NCBI GenBank assembly: GCA_963666835.2
Contig: CAXXGO010000006.1
Coordinates: 992,001-1,056,000, forward strand
Source of the DNA: Phycisphaerae bacterium
GTDB taxonomy: Bacteria > Planctomycetota > Phycisphaerae > UBA1845
Direction: 5' to 3'
DNA: 64,000 bases
In this document: piece after piece, positions 32,902-42,317 of the stretch
Layout: each line of letters opens with the position of its first letter
How positions within the stretch are numbered: the stretch's first letter is position 1
Notes under the pieces: generated by a model
Seen by the model: the letters and a program-made list of their open reading frames with translations, nothing else
Databases searched by the model: none
Told to the model about the DNA's origin: nothing
Made by a program: the position numbers and the translations under genes

Positions 32902-35900
32902 ATGAGTTCTTTACTGGTTCGCGTATTGGCGGTACTCGTTGGAATGGTCTTGGTAACATTTTCCGCGGGGTCCGAGGTGCGGGCGGGTGACGATGGAGGT
33001 CGCCCTCGCGTCTCAGCCGACGGGGTCTTGGTGGGAGAAGCCGGCTCGGGGCAGTTGACTCGGCTGCCGGTTGCCGCGGGGGTAACGCGACACTACCCCG
33101 ACGGCTCGACGGAACGGGTCGACGTATCGGCCGGGTCTGATGTTGATCGGGCAAGTAAGCTGATCTACAGCAATCCACACGGCGACTTTCTCTACGCGCC
33201 CGGAAGGAACCTCACGATTGCCGACGACCTGACGACCAATGCCGTTACGGATTGCGGCGTACAGTTGATCACAACGCGGGTTAACGGCGGCGTGGAGAAC
33301 GGGACCGGTGAGTTCTCCGTCGCCATCGGTTTGTGGGACAAATGCCCGGGGGTGTCCGGCGCGCAGAATCTTCTGGGGACGGAAACGACGTTCGCCGGGC
33401 TCGCGGACGACATCGCAGAAGACCACGAACTGGCGATTGACTTCCGTGATGTGGGGATCTGCGATGACCTGAGTGCGTGCAGCGTGCTTGATCAGGATTG
33501 CGCCGACGAATCGCCTTGTGTGCAGGACCTGCCGGAACTGCCTACGACCGTCTGGCTGAGCTATCGCTTCGATACGTCAACCGCCGGAGTGATCCTGGGC
33601 AGCCCGGCACAGGTCGGATTCTCCGCCGACAATTACCATCATCCCTACTCGCCTTGCGTTAACAACCTCGGTGGCTATCCGCGATTCCCTTATGCCGCCT
33701 TCCGGGCACAGATCTTTGCCGACGGCACGACCGACGAGGCGGATCCGAACTACTGCCCGACACACTTTCTGGCCTATTGGGCGGCGTCTTCTTTCGGAAC
33801 CGCTTTCGCCCCCGGCGGGACTACGCACCGCATGGCCGATGACATCATGCTGTCGTTCGGCATAGACGATCCACCGCTTACGTGCGAGCTGAGCGCTTTG
33901 GAGCTGGGCGTCATCGGCGCGTACGGACAGTTTGATATCGACGTGGATGTCCGCTGGCCCCAGTTGGAGGATGTAAGGCCGCAGACCCAGCGAGTCTTCA
34001 CCGGTCGCGGTGACGGCAGTCTGGAGGTCGCCCGGTTCCTCTACGAGCCGGGGCTGTTCATTACGCCCGAAGATCAGCCGCTGTACGTGACGTGGTTGCC
34101 CGATTGCGCCAATGTCGGAGTGTCCAACGTCCGAAGGACCCAACTGGGGTCGAGTTCCGATGGCTTCGCGATGTTGGATACGTCGGCGGGATCACCCGGC
34201 GAGTGGGAATGGTACAACATCCCAAATGGTGATGCAGCAGTTTTCCATATCGCTATTTTCTGCCGCGGTGAAGCGCCCACCGGGGCGTGCTGCACGAGTC
34301 TGCGAGGCTCGGACGTACCGGAGTGCATCGATGAAGCCAATGTTCTGACGTGTTTGGGGGGGCGTTGGGCTCCCGGAGAGACATGTGCGGAGGCCGACTT
34401 CGATCCACCCTGCGGATGGGCGGCCTGCTGCCTGCCTGACGCCACGTGCGAGGATATCACTAAGGAGAAATGCGACCAGAGGGGCGGCCGCTGGCGGGGA
34501 GAGTCGTATTGCAGCGACAACGACCTGCGCTGCTATTGGGAAGTGTGCGGCTTAGCCGGTGGGGGGGAGTGCACCTTCCCCAGGCCCGTGCCCGGCTGCA
34601 AGGACTTTTCATGCTGTAACCAGGTGTGCCTGGCCGACCCCTGGTGCTGCGAGAATGACTGGGATGAGCAGTGTGTCGAAGAGGCCTCTCTGTTATGCGA
34701 AATCGAGCCTGCCAATAATGAGTGTTCGAATCCGATGCCGCTGGCCTCGCAAGGGCAGGTGATGGTCAACAACGTCCGAGCCGACGACGACATCGAGGAC
34801 CCGGGTTTCGTGTGCCATTCGGATGGGGCCGGTACGCTCGGCTACGGGTCAATCTGGTTCGAGTTCGAGGCCGCGGAGACCTCCGCCCGGTTCCACACCT
34901 GCGCTTCCGATGCCGAAGCTGGTGATTCGCTTTTGGAGGTCTACGCCGTCGACCCGGGCGATGAAGACTGTCAGACTCTCACCCCTCTGGCGTGCTCCGA
35001 CGACGCGCCGGGCTGCGGAGCGGACGGTTTGCAGAGTGACGTGTGCGTGACAGGGATCGAACCGGGCGTATCGTACCGTGTGCAGTTGGCGTCGAAGACC
35101 GCGGCGGGGCAGGGCCGGTATCGGCTCACCGTGGAGTCTCCGTGCCCACAAGCCGCCGGTCCCGGCACCGTCGATTCAGACTTGGCGAGCGTTATCCTGG
35201 AACCGGAGTCGGGGGGTCCATCCCCCGCGCAGTCAAGTGCCTCTCCCACGGCACTTGCGGACGAAGAGCCGCTCTCGTCCGCCATGGCGAATCCCGCCGA
35301 GGCGCACCACGAAATACCGGACGACGCTCCGGTGGCCGTGCGCGTCCGGGAGCGGTCCGCAGCCTTCTGCGACGCCGGTTCGTGGGAGGGGGGCGTGTTC
35401 TCGACCGTCCAGGTCAACGTTGACGACCAGGGCGACAACATCGTCGGGGACGCCGCCAATGAACCGTCTATTGCCATTTCGCCGGTCGACCCGGACGTCA
35501 TCGTAATCGGGTGGCGGCAGTTCGACACGATAGAATCCAACTTCCGCCAGGCGGGCTGGGCCTACAGCCACGACGCGGGGGCCACCTGGACCTTCCCGGG
35601 AGTTCTCGAGCCGGATGTCTTCCGTAGCGATCCGATCCTGGCCGCCGATGCGGACGGCAACATTCATTACAACAGCCTGACGCTTCGTGGTACCGACTAC
35701 GTTTGTGACGTGTTTACGTCGTACGACGGCGGCGTGTCTTGGGCGCGAAAGGTCGACGCCCGCGGTGGGGACAAGGCCTGGATGGAGATTGACCGAACAT
35801 CGGGCTCCGGCCGCAATCATATATATTCGTTCTGGACGAGCTCCTTCAGTTGCTGCCCGGGGCATTTCACGCGCTCGACTGACGCCGGGGAAACCTACAG

Positions 35901-37056
35901 CAATCCTATTGATATCCCGCTGGATCCGTACTGGGGGACCGTTGCGGTGGGACTGGACGGCGCGATCTACGCGGCCGGCCGGAGAGGCAACGGTGCGGCC
36001 GTGATCCGGTCCACCAACGCTCGCAATCCGGACCGCGCCACCGTGTTCGACCAACCGGTCACGGCCGACATCGGAGGACCAACCTCATATGGAGACCGGC
36101 CGAACCCCGGCGGGCTACTCGGCCAGATCTGGGTGGCGACCGATCATTCCCACAGCGCCGGGCGAGGAAACGTCTACCTTCTCGCCTCGGTAGTGCCGGA
36201 CCGCGACGACCCGCTGGATCTGATGTTTGCACGCAGTACGGACAGCGGTTTGACCTGGAGCGAACCGGTGCGGATCAACGACGATGCAACGCACAGCGAG
36301 GCCTGGCAGTGGTTCGGGACGATGTCGGTGGCTCCGAACGGGCGGATCGACGTCGTATGGAACGACACACGCGACACCGGCGAGGACGACCTGTCCGAAG
36401 TGTTCTACAGCTACTCCATCGACGGCGGGGTGACTTGGCAGGAGAACGTTTCGATCAGCCCGGTCTTCGATAGCCACGTCGGCTGGCCGCAACAGAACAA
36501 GCTGGGCGATTATTACGACATGATCTCCGACAACGCCGGGGCTAACCTGGCTTACGCGGCCACGTTCAACGGCGAGCAGGACGTGTACTTTGCGCGGATT
36601 GAGCCGGCCGTCGACTGCAACGGCAATGGCATCCCCGACATCACGGAGATCACCGGCGGAAGCGTTGCCGATTGCGACGGCGACCTGGTGCCCGATGTTT
36701 GCTCCCCGGACTTCGACGGCGACGGGTACATCAACGGCTGCGACCCGGACATCGACGGCGACGGCATCGTCAACGAATTCGATGTCTGCAACTTCACTCC
36801 GCTGGGGGCGGTTGTCACCGAGGTCGGCAGTCAACGCGGCGACTTTGTGAGCGATTGCGACATCGACCTGCGCGACTTCCGTTCGTATCGGGCGTGCCTG
36901 TTGAGCGGCGGTCCGGCAGAGGGTGACCCGACCACTGATTGTCTCGCAGCCTTTGACTTCGACGGTGACGCCGACATCGACTTAGCCGATGGCCGGCTGC
37001 TGTTTAACGACTTCACCGGCCTGATCCGCCGGGCTCCGGATACGTTGATCAAGTAA
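32902..37056 (+). CDS. Large secreted protein: Cys-rich region, BNR/sialidase-like propeller, TSP3/dockerin-like tail
   Basis: Signal peptide; GACC/CC repeats; NEPSIA, SHDAGATW, STDAGETY, STDSGLTW, GDY motifs; DCNGNGIPD; C-terminal D-x-D-x-D-x-D-L-x-D pairs. Confidence 0.85.
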   Translation: MSSLLVRVLAVLVGMVLVTFSAGSEVRAGDDGGRPRVSADGVLVGEAGSGQLTRLPVAAGVTRHYPDGSTERVDVSAGSDVDRASKLIYSNPHGDFLYAPGRNLTIADDLTTNAVTDCGVQLITTRVNGGVENGTGEFSVAIGLWDKCPGVSGAQNLLGTETTFAGLADDIAEDHELAIDFRDVGICDDLSACSVLDQDCADESPCVQDLPELPTTVWLSYRFDTSTAGVILGSPAQVGFSADNYHHPYSPCVNNLGGYPRFPYAAFRAQIFADGTTDEADPNYCPTHFLAYWAASSFGTAFAPGGTTHRMADDIMLSFGIDDPPLTCELSALELGVIGAYGQFDIDVDVRWPQLEDVRPQTQRVFTGRGDGSLEVARFLYEPGLFITPEDQPLYVTWLPDCANVGVSNVRRTQLGSSSDGFAMLDTSAGSPGEWEWYNIPNGDAAVFHIAIFCRGEAPTGACCTSLRGSDVPECIDEANVLTCLGGRWAPGETCAEADFDPPCGWAACCLPDATCEDITKEKCDQRGGRWRGESYCSDNDLRCYWEVCGLAGGGECTFPRPVPGCKDFSCCNQVCLADPWCCENDWDEQCVEEASLLCEIEPANNECSNPMPLASQGQVMVNNVRADDDIEDPGFVCHSDGAGTLGYGSIWFEFEAAETSARFHTCASDAEAGDSLLEVYAVDPGDEDCQTLTPLACSDDAPGCGADGLQSDVCVTGIEPGVSYRVQLASKTAAGQGRYRLTVESPCPQAAGPGTVDSDLASVILEPESGGPSPAQSSASPTALADEEPLSSAMANPAEAHHEIPDDAPVAVRVRERSAAFCDAGSWEGGVFSTVQVNVDDQGDNIVGDAANEPSIAISPVDPDVIVIGWRQFDTIESNFRQAGWAYSHDAGATWTFPGVLEPDVFRSDPILAADADGNIHYNSLTLRGTDYVCDVFTSYDGGVSWARKVDARGGDKAWMEIDRTSGSGRNHIYSFWTSSFSCCPGHFTRSTDAGETYSNPIDIPLDPYWGTVAVGLDGAIYAAGRRGNGAAVIRSTNARNPDRATVFDQPVTADIGGPTSYGDRPNPGGLLGQIWVATDHSHSAGRGNVYLLASVVPDRDDPLDLMFARSTDSGLTWSEPVRINDDATHSEAWQWFGTMSVAPNGRIDVVWNDTRDTGEDDLSEVFYSYSIDGGVTWQENVSISPVFDSHVGWPQQNKLGDYYDMISDNAGANLAYAATFNGEQDVYFARIEPAVDCNGNGIPDITEITGGSVADCDGDLVPDVCSPDFDGDGYINGCDPDIDGDGIVNEFDVCNFTPLGAVVTEVGSQRGDFVSDCDIDLRDFRSYRACLLSGGPAEGDPTTDCLAAFDFDGDADIDLADGRLLFNDFTGLIRRAPDTLIK

Positions 37057-37960
37057 GAGGGCCTGAGGTGTCAAGACTATGCGGGGTGGGGAATCGATCA
37101 GCTTTCGTAGGGCACGGTCGAGGTACGAGACCTGCCGCAAAGGCGCAGACCTTGCGAAGACCAATTGCGGTACGCGAGTGTCTGTCGGATCTTCATCCGT
37201 CCCCCACCCATTCCGGCGGCGGGCGGGCGCGACCTTTCAAGCCCGATACCCGCCGGAATGAATGGGGCACCCGCGCTCCGGATACGTTGATCGAGTAAGA
37301 GGTCCTCAGGTGTCAAGACTATGCGGGGTGGGGAATCGATCAGCTCTCGTAGGGCACGGTCGAGGTACGAGACCTGCCGCAAAAGCGCAAACCCTGCGAA
37401 GACCAATTGCGGTACGCGAGTGTCTGTCGGATCTTCATCCGTCCCCCACCCATTCCGGCGGCGGGCGGGCGCGGCTGTTAAAGCCCGGTAAACGCCGGAA
37501 TGAACGGGGCACCCGCGCTCCGGATACGTTGATCGAGTAAGAGGACCTCAGGTGTCAAGATTGTGCGGGGAATCGATCAGCTCTCGTAGGGCACGGTCGA
37601 GGTACGAGACCTGCCGCAAAAGCGCAAACCCTGCGAAGACCAATTGCGGTACGCGAGTGTCTCTCGGATTCTCATCCGTCCCCCACCCATTCCGGCGGCG
37701 GGCGGGCGCGACCTTTCAAGCCCGATACCCGCCGGAATGAATGGGGCACCCGCGCACTGCGCACCAGGCGAAGGGTGGGGAATCGATCAGCTCTCGTAGG
37801 GCATGGTCGAGGTACGAGACCTGCCGCAAAGGCGCGAATCCTACAAGCGCCGACTGCGGTACGCGAGTGTCTCTCGGATCTTCATCCGTCCCCCACCCAT
37901 TCCGGCGGCGGGTGGACGCGACCTTTCAAGCCCGATACCCGCCGGAATGAACGGGCGCCC
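37033..37960. repeat. Tandem ~240-bp array containing REPs (cluster 3)
   Basis: GTAG-REP at 37107, 37349, 37586 and 37796. Units starting at 37033, 37275 and 37517 carry the 3' end of the upstream gene. Confidence 0.9.
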
Positions 37961-38075
37961 GCGCGTCTGTCTCCCCTGGTGTCATCCAGCAAGGAAGCGT
38001 TACAATGCAACCAATCGAGCGGCCGACCGCAAGGGCCTGCCGCCGAACACGAAGGTTGCAAAGGGAGTGCAAGGG

Positions 38076-38393
38076 ATGACCGCACCAGAGCCGGACAATG
38101 TCGGGAACACGCCGGACGGGACTGATTCGGGCTCGGCCCCGGGGGCTCCCTCGGCCGAGGAGCTGCGCCGGGCACTTAAGGCGTTCAAGAAGCGCCTGAA
38201 GCTCGCCCGGCTGGACGATGAGTCGCGGCTGGGGCACCGGGCGATGACCAAGGGATCGGTGTCGGACATCGTCGGGGTCCCCGCGCCCAACCAATATCCC
38301 CAGGCCGTGTGGGACGAGCTGGTCAGGCAGGGCCGGCTCAAGTACAGCGGCCGGGGCATCTACGAACTCGTGAAACCGCCGGAGCACAAGTGA
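38076..38393 (+). CDS. Small hypothetical protein
   Basis: ELRRALKAFKKRLKLARLDDESRLG...PNQYPQAVWDELVRQGRLKY.G.G.YEL; high-GC3 codon usage. Confidence 0.75.
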   Translation: MTAPEPDNVGNTPDGTDSGSAPGAPSAEELRRALKAFKKRLKLARLDDESRLGHRAMTKGSVSDIVGVPAPNQYPQAVWDELVRQGRLKYSGRGIYELVKPPEHK

Positions 38394-38710
38394 CGTCGGG
38401 AGTCCCAGACCCTCCCCCCGTTCGTTTCTGGCAAGGACGGGAAGAGCAAACACGACCGTTCTCCTGGAAACGGCACCGGGAAGGCCCATCGAAGACACCT
38501 CAACGGGCCGTCCCAGCGTAAAGCGGAATTCGCCAGGCGGGTTTATTCTGCGTAGTGAATCCGGGTTAGCACAAGCCACCGAAGTGCCTCCCGCTGGAAT
38601 CCGTCGTCCTTCCGTGTTAGGCTGACGCGCTATGGGGAGTGAGCGGCGATGCGGCAGCGGTCGGATCGCGCCGTAACAAGGATGTTTGGCACTTTCGAGG
38701 AGATGAGTCG

Positions 38711-39271
38711 ATGCGCAGATTCACAAATGTAATGATGTTGGGCCTGGTGGCTTTCGTGGGATCGCAGATCGCCGGTTGCGGTGTCATTCAGATTCCGGTT
38801 CCCTTCGAACTGAACACGGACGCAGGCGGGAACGGGTCGTTTGAAGTCGAGGCCGATACGCCGAGCACCAACGCGTTCACCACGAACTTCGACACGTCGC
38901 AGTACACCGTCGGAAGCGGATCCGTCGTACTCGATCCGGATGACATTACGGTGACCCCTGACAGTAACGCTCCCGGCAAGTTCGCCCCGCGGCAGCAGAG
39001 TACCAGCGTTCTCGAGATTACGGTAACTATCGGCGCGGCCGACCTGGCCGGGACCATCTGCGACGCCGGGGTGGGGGAGACGTACGGTCCGTTCAGCGTA
39101 ACGCTCGACGAGAACTACGTTCCGGTCTCAATAGACCCATCGTCGGTCACGCTCAGCGCCACTACGGTCGCGCTGCTCAACCAGGGCCAGTTCGCGGTCT
39201 GCCTGGAAGTGGTTTCGCCGGTAACTGGTACGGTGAAGATCTCGGGCTTCACGCTCTTGCTCACCCCGTAG
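38711..39271 (+). CDS. Hypothetical lipoprotein
   Basis: MRRFTNVMMLGLVAFVGSQIAGC lipobox; GAGGAG RBS; beta-rich mature domain. Confidence 0.8.
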   Translation: MRRFTNVMMLGLVAFVGSQIAGCGVIQIPVPFELNTDAGGNGSFEVEADTPSTNAFTTNFDTSQYTVGSGSVVLDPDDITVTPDSNAPGKFAPRQQSTSVLEITVTIGAADLAGTICDAGVGETYGPFSVTLDENYVPVSIDPSSVTLSATTVALLNQGQFAVCLEVVSPVTGTVKISGFTLLLTP

Positions 39272-39306
39272 AGCGGCGGCGGGACATCTAGGGATTGCGA
39301 AGACTT

Positions 39307-39350
39307 GGGGGCACCCGACGTTGAATCACTCGAGGGTGCCCCCGTTCTTT
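39307..39350 (+). terminator. Probable intrinsic terminator
   Basis: GGGGGCACCC/GGGTGCCCCC 10-bp stem followed by GTTCTTT. Confidence 0.55.
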
Positions 39351-39559
39351 GCCGGGTAATGCGGCGCAGTAGATGTTAACGGCGTGGGTGGGTGGCCCGT
39401 CTCTTTAGAAGTGGGGGAGCCGATGATTCGAGCTTCGTGGCGGGTCACGAGCTACCGGAAGCGTCGAGTTACGCTTCCGACTGCCTGGGCCTATGCCTTC
39501 CGGCGAGGCTGCGCAACAGGTATTGGGCCCTTCTGATCTTGCGAGGAGAGTTGAGTCAC

Positions 39560-40315
39560 ATGCGTCCACGCGTAACGAGCGCGCGTCTGAGCGCAACTGG
39601 GCTTGTGGCCTACTGCGCCGCCGCCCTCATACCGGTCCTGCTGTGGGCCTGCGGGCTTGAACGCACGGGGCAGCTAGTTGCCACGATTACCGGTCTTGTG
39701 GCCGCAGGACTACTGGTTTTCAGTTGCACGAAACGCTCACAATTGTGCCGCCGAGGTTTAAGTAGTCTCCTATTCCGATTCACAAGGCGGGCCTGGCGAC
39801 ACCGATCGCTTGCACTGCTGTCTATGCTTCTGTGTCTGGCCGGTTGGATCATAAGCCGCTACGTCACGGTTGGCCTTGGGAGCCATGGGTGTCGCATCAA
39901 CATCGAGCTTTCGGGGGGAGTACTGCGTGTTGAGGGATTCACCCCGGATTGGTTCTCTGGCCCGAGAACTCCCCCGTTTGCTTCCGGGCTCACGGTAGTA
40001 CCAACCAGAATACCGTCACCCAGAACAGCGGGGCCCATATTCCCCCGCATGGTCGTGCGATCGTACCTGGATACCTGGCGAGTCTGGATCCCGTTCTATG
40101 TTCCGATTTTCGCGTTTGCGGCCATTGCCGTGGTTGGGTACTCTCCAGCTTCGCGCCGATATGTTCACCGCCGGCTCGGCCAGTGTATCAAGTGCGGATA
40201 CGATCTCACTGGGAATACCTCTGGCGTTTGTCCTGAGTGTGGGGAGGCCGGGCTGCCCCGAGCCGGGGAACTCGAAGTACATTGCGCTCGGGGCGGCATT
40301 GAGCGGAGCCCGTGA
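39560..40315 (+). CDS. Membrane protein with a C-terminal Zn-ribbon
   Basis: Four hydrophobic segments, then GQCIKCGYDLTGNTSGVCPECG; GAGGAG upstream of ATG 39560. Confidence 0.7.
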   Translation: MRPRVTSARLSATGLVAYCAAALIPVLLWACGLERTGQLVATITGLVAAGLLVFSCTKRSQLCRRGLSSLLFRFTRRAWRHRSLALLSMLLCLAGWIISRYVTVGLGSHGCRINIELSGGVLRVEGFTPDWFSGPRTPPFASGLTVVPTRIPSPRTAGPIFPRMVVRSYLDTWRVWIPFYVPIFAFAAIAVVGYSPASRRYVHRRLGQCIKCGYDLTGNTSGVCPECGEAGLPRAGELEVHCARGGIERSP

Positions 40316-40585
40316 GTATGTTCTCATTAACGTGCCCGGGATTCGTGAAGCACGTACGAGATCCGACCAAACCCCTGCCTCGTTACGCCCGGTTTCGTCG
40401 CGGCAATATTAGCTTTGTGCATGGCCACGCAAGCGTGGGGCATGGCATGGGCCAGCTTGTTGGCCCGTGGAGCTTGGCACGCCGGGGGCATCCACGGGCG
40501 AGCTGGAACGGCCCATGACCCTAACGCGAGATCGAGTGACGTACGGCACTTTGCTCCGCGGATCGGCGGCGCTTGCCCACCCTCA

Positions 40586-41910
40586 ATGGCAGGTCTCGTA
40601 CCTCGGCCGTGCCGTAAGGCAAGCCCTTTGGGGCGACAGGTCCTGTAGCCCCACGGCGTAAGCCTGGGGCTTCGTGCGATCGCTTCGCGCCAAGCCCCTT
40701 GTGGGTGGCAGAAGGCGTCGAGGTCTGGATCGGACACCGGTGATTCAACGTCATCCGGAAAGCACGTTGGCGACCAGCAGGACCTCTTCGAGCATCGAAG
40801 TGCCGCCCCTGGCGGGGCTTGGGTTGCCGTCGGAGGCGATCCCGCGGCTGACGCCGCGGGCTGGGCAGAGCTGCCGCCCTGGCGGGCTGGTCCCGCGAGA
40901 CACGTGGGTGGCACATATTCGTGCGACCCGGGCCATTGCGGCCTTGATGGCAGGTCTCGTACCTCGACCGTGCCCTACGGCTTACCGCCGTCCTCGCGCG
41001 ATTCGCGAGGCCGTCCGCCGGCCCTTCGGGACGGGAGGATGTGGAGAGCGAATCGCCCCCACGGGTTCCGCTACGCTCCACCCGTGGCTACTTGCCTGCG
41101 TCCCTAACGGGATGGCCTACCGCACGGCCGCCCTCGATGGCAGGTCTCGTACCTCGGCCGTGCCGTAAGGCAAGCCCTTTGGGGCGACAGGTCCTGTAGC
41201 CCCACGGCGTAAGCCTGGGGCTTCGTGCGATCGCTTCGCGCCAAGCCCCTTGTGGGCGGCAGAAGGCGTCGAGGTCTGGATCGGACACCGGTGATTCAAC
41301 ATCATCCGGAAAGCACGTTGGCGACCAGCAGGACCTCTTCGAGCATCGAAGTGCCGCCCCTGGCGGGGCTTGGGTTGCCGTCGGAGGCGATCCCGCGGCT
41401 GACGCCGCGGGCTGGGCAGAGCTGCCGCCCTGGCGGGCTGGTCCCGCGAGACACGTGGGTGGCACATATTCGTGCGACCCGGGCCATTGCGGCCTTGATG
41501 GCAGGTCTCGTGCCTCGACCGTGGCCCTACGGGTTGCCGCCGCGCGCGATTCGCGAGGCCGTCCGCCGGCCCTTCGGGACGGGAGGATGTGGAGAGCGAA
41601 TCGCCCCCACGGGTTCCGCTGCGCTCCACCCGTGGCTACTTGCCTTATGTCCCTTCGGGACCCTTCACCTTAGGTCGGCGCGATGCGAGCCGTTGTGGCA
41701 GGTCTCGTGCCTCGGCCGTGCCCTACTTGGTCTTCGCGCGATGCGAGCCGTTGTGGCAGGTCTCGTGCCTCGGCCGTGCCCTACTTGGTCTTCGCGCGAT
41801 GCGAGCCGTTGTGGCAGGTCTCGTACCTCGACCGTGCCCTACGAGGTCTTCGCGCGATGTGCGGCGCTGTGGCGGATCGGGTCGTAAGGGGTACCTCGAC
41901 CGTGCCCGAC
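40586..41910. repeat. Mosaic REP cluster 4 (minus-strand REPs; 551-bp-period duplication plus 58-bp units)
   Basis: Reverse-complement REP at 40588, 40949, 41139, 41500, 41697, 41755 and 41813. Segment 40586-41097 repeats at 41137-41645. Confidence 0.9.
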
Positions 41911-41941
41911 AGGTCGGTCCGGGGTGCGGCCGCGGGGAGCA

Positions 41942-42110
41942 TGTTCGGCCAGACCACCGCACGATGCCTGTAACCGTCCAAACCATTGCGTAACGGCTAT
42001 AACCGTCGAGACCATCGCACGACGCCCGTGATCCGACGCCACTAGCCACATATCCGCGTCCGGGACGCCTGTAACCGTCCAAAATGCCCCATGACGCCCG
42101 TAACCGTCCG
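41942..42110. repeat. Degenerate 29-bp tandem repeat
   Basis: TAACCGTC core at 41971, 42000, 42072 and 42101, with a variant at 42029. Confidence 0.65.
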
Positions 42111-42317
42111 GCTCCGGTCGCGCCGGCAGATTATCGGATTAAGACTTGTTTTTCGGACCCGGTTAAGCTAGGCTATCGGACTCGGGAGTGCGCGTATCAG
42201 GGGTACGGGCCGCGCACTTCAACGATGGAGAAAAGGGAGCGGAAGCCCACACCTCTGAATACGGGAAATAACTGTGCGCCGGCGGCCAGGGCGGGTCGTT
42301 CGGGAAAGGAGTGGAAG

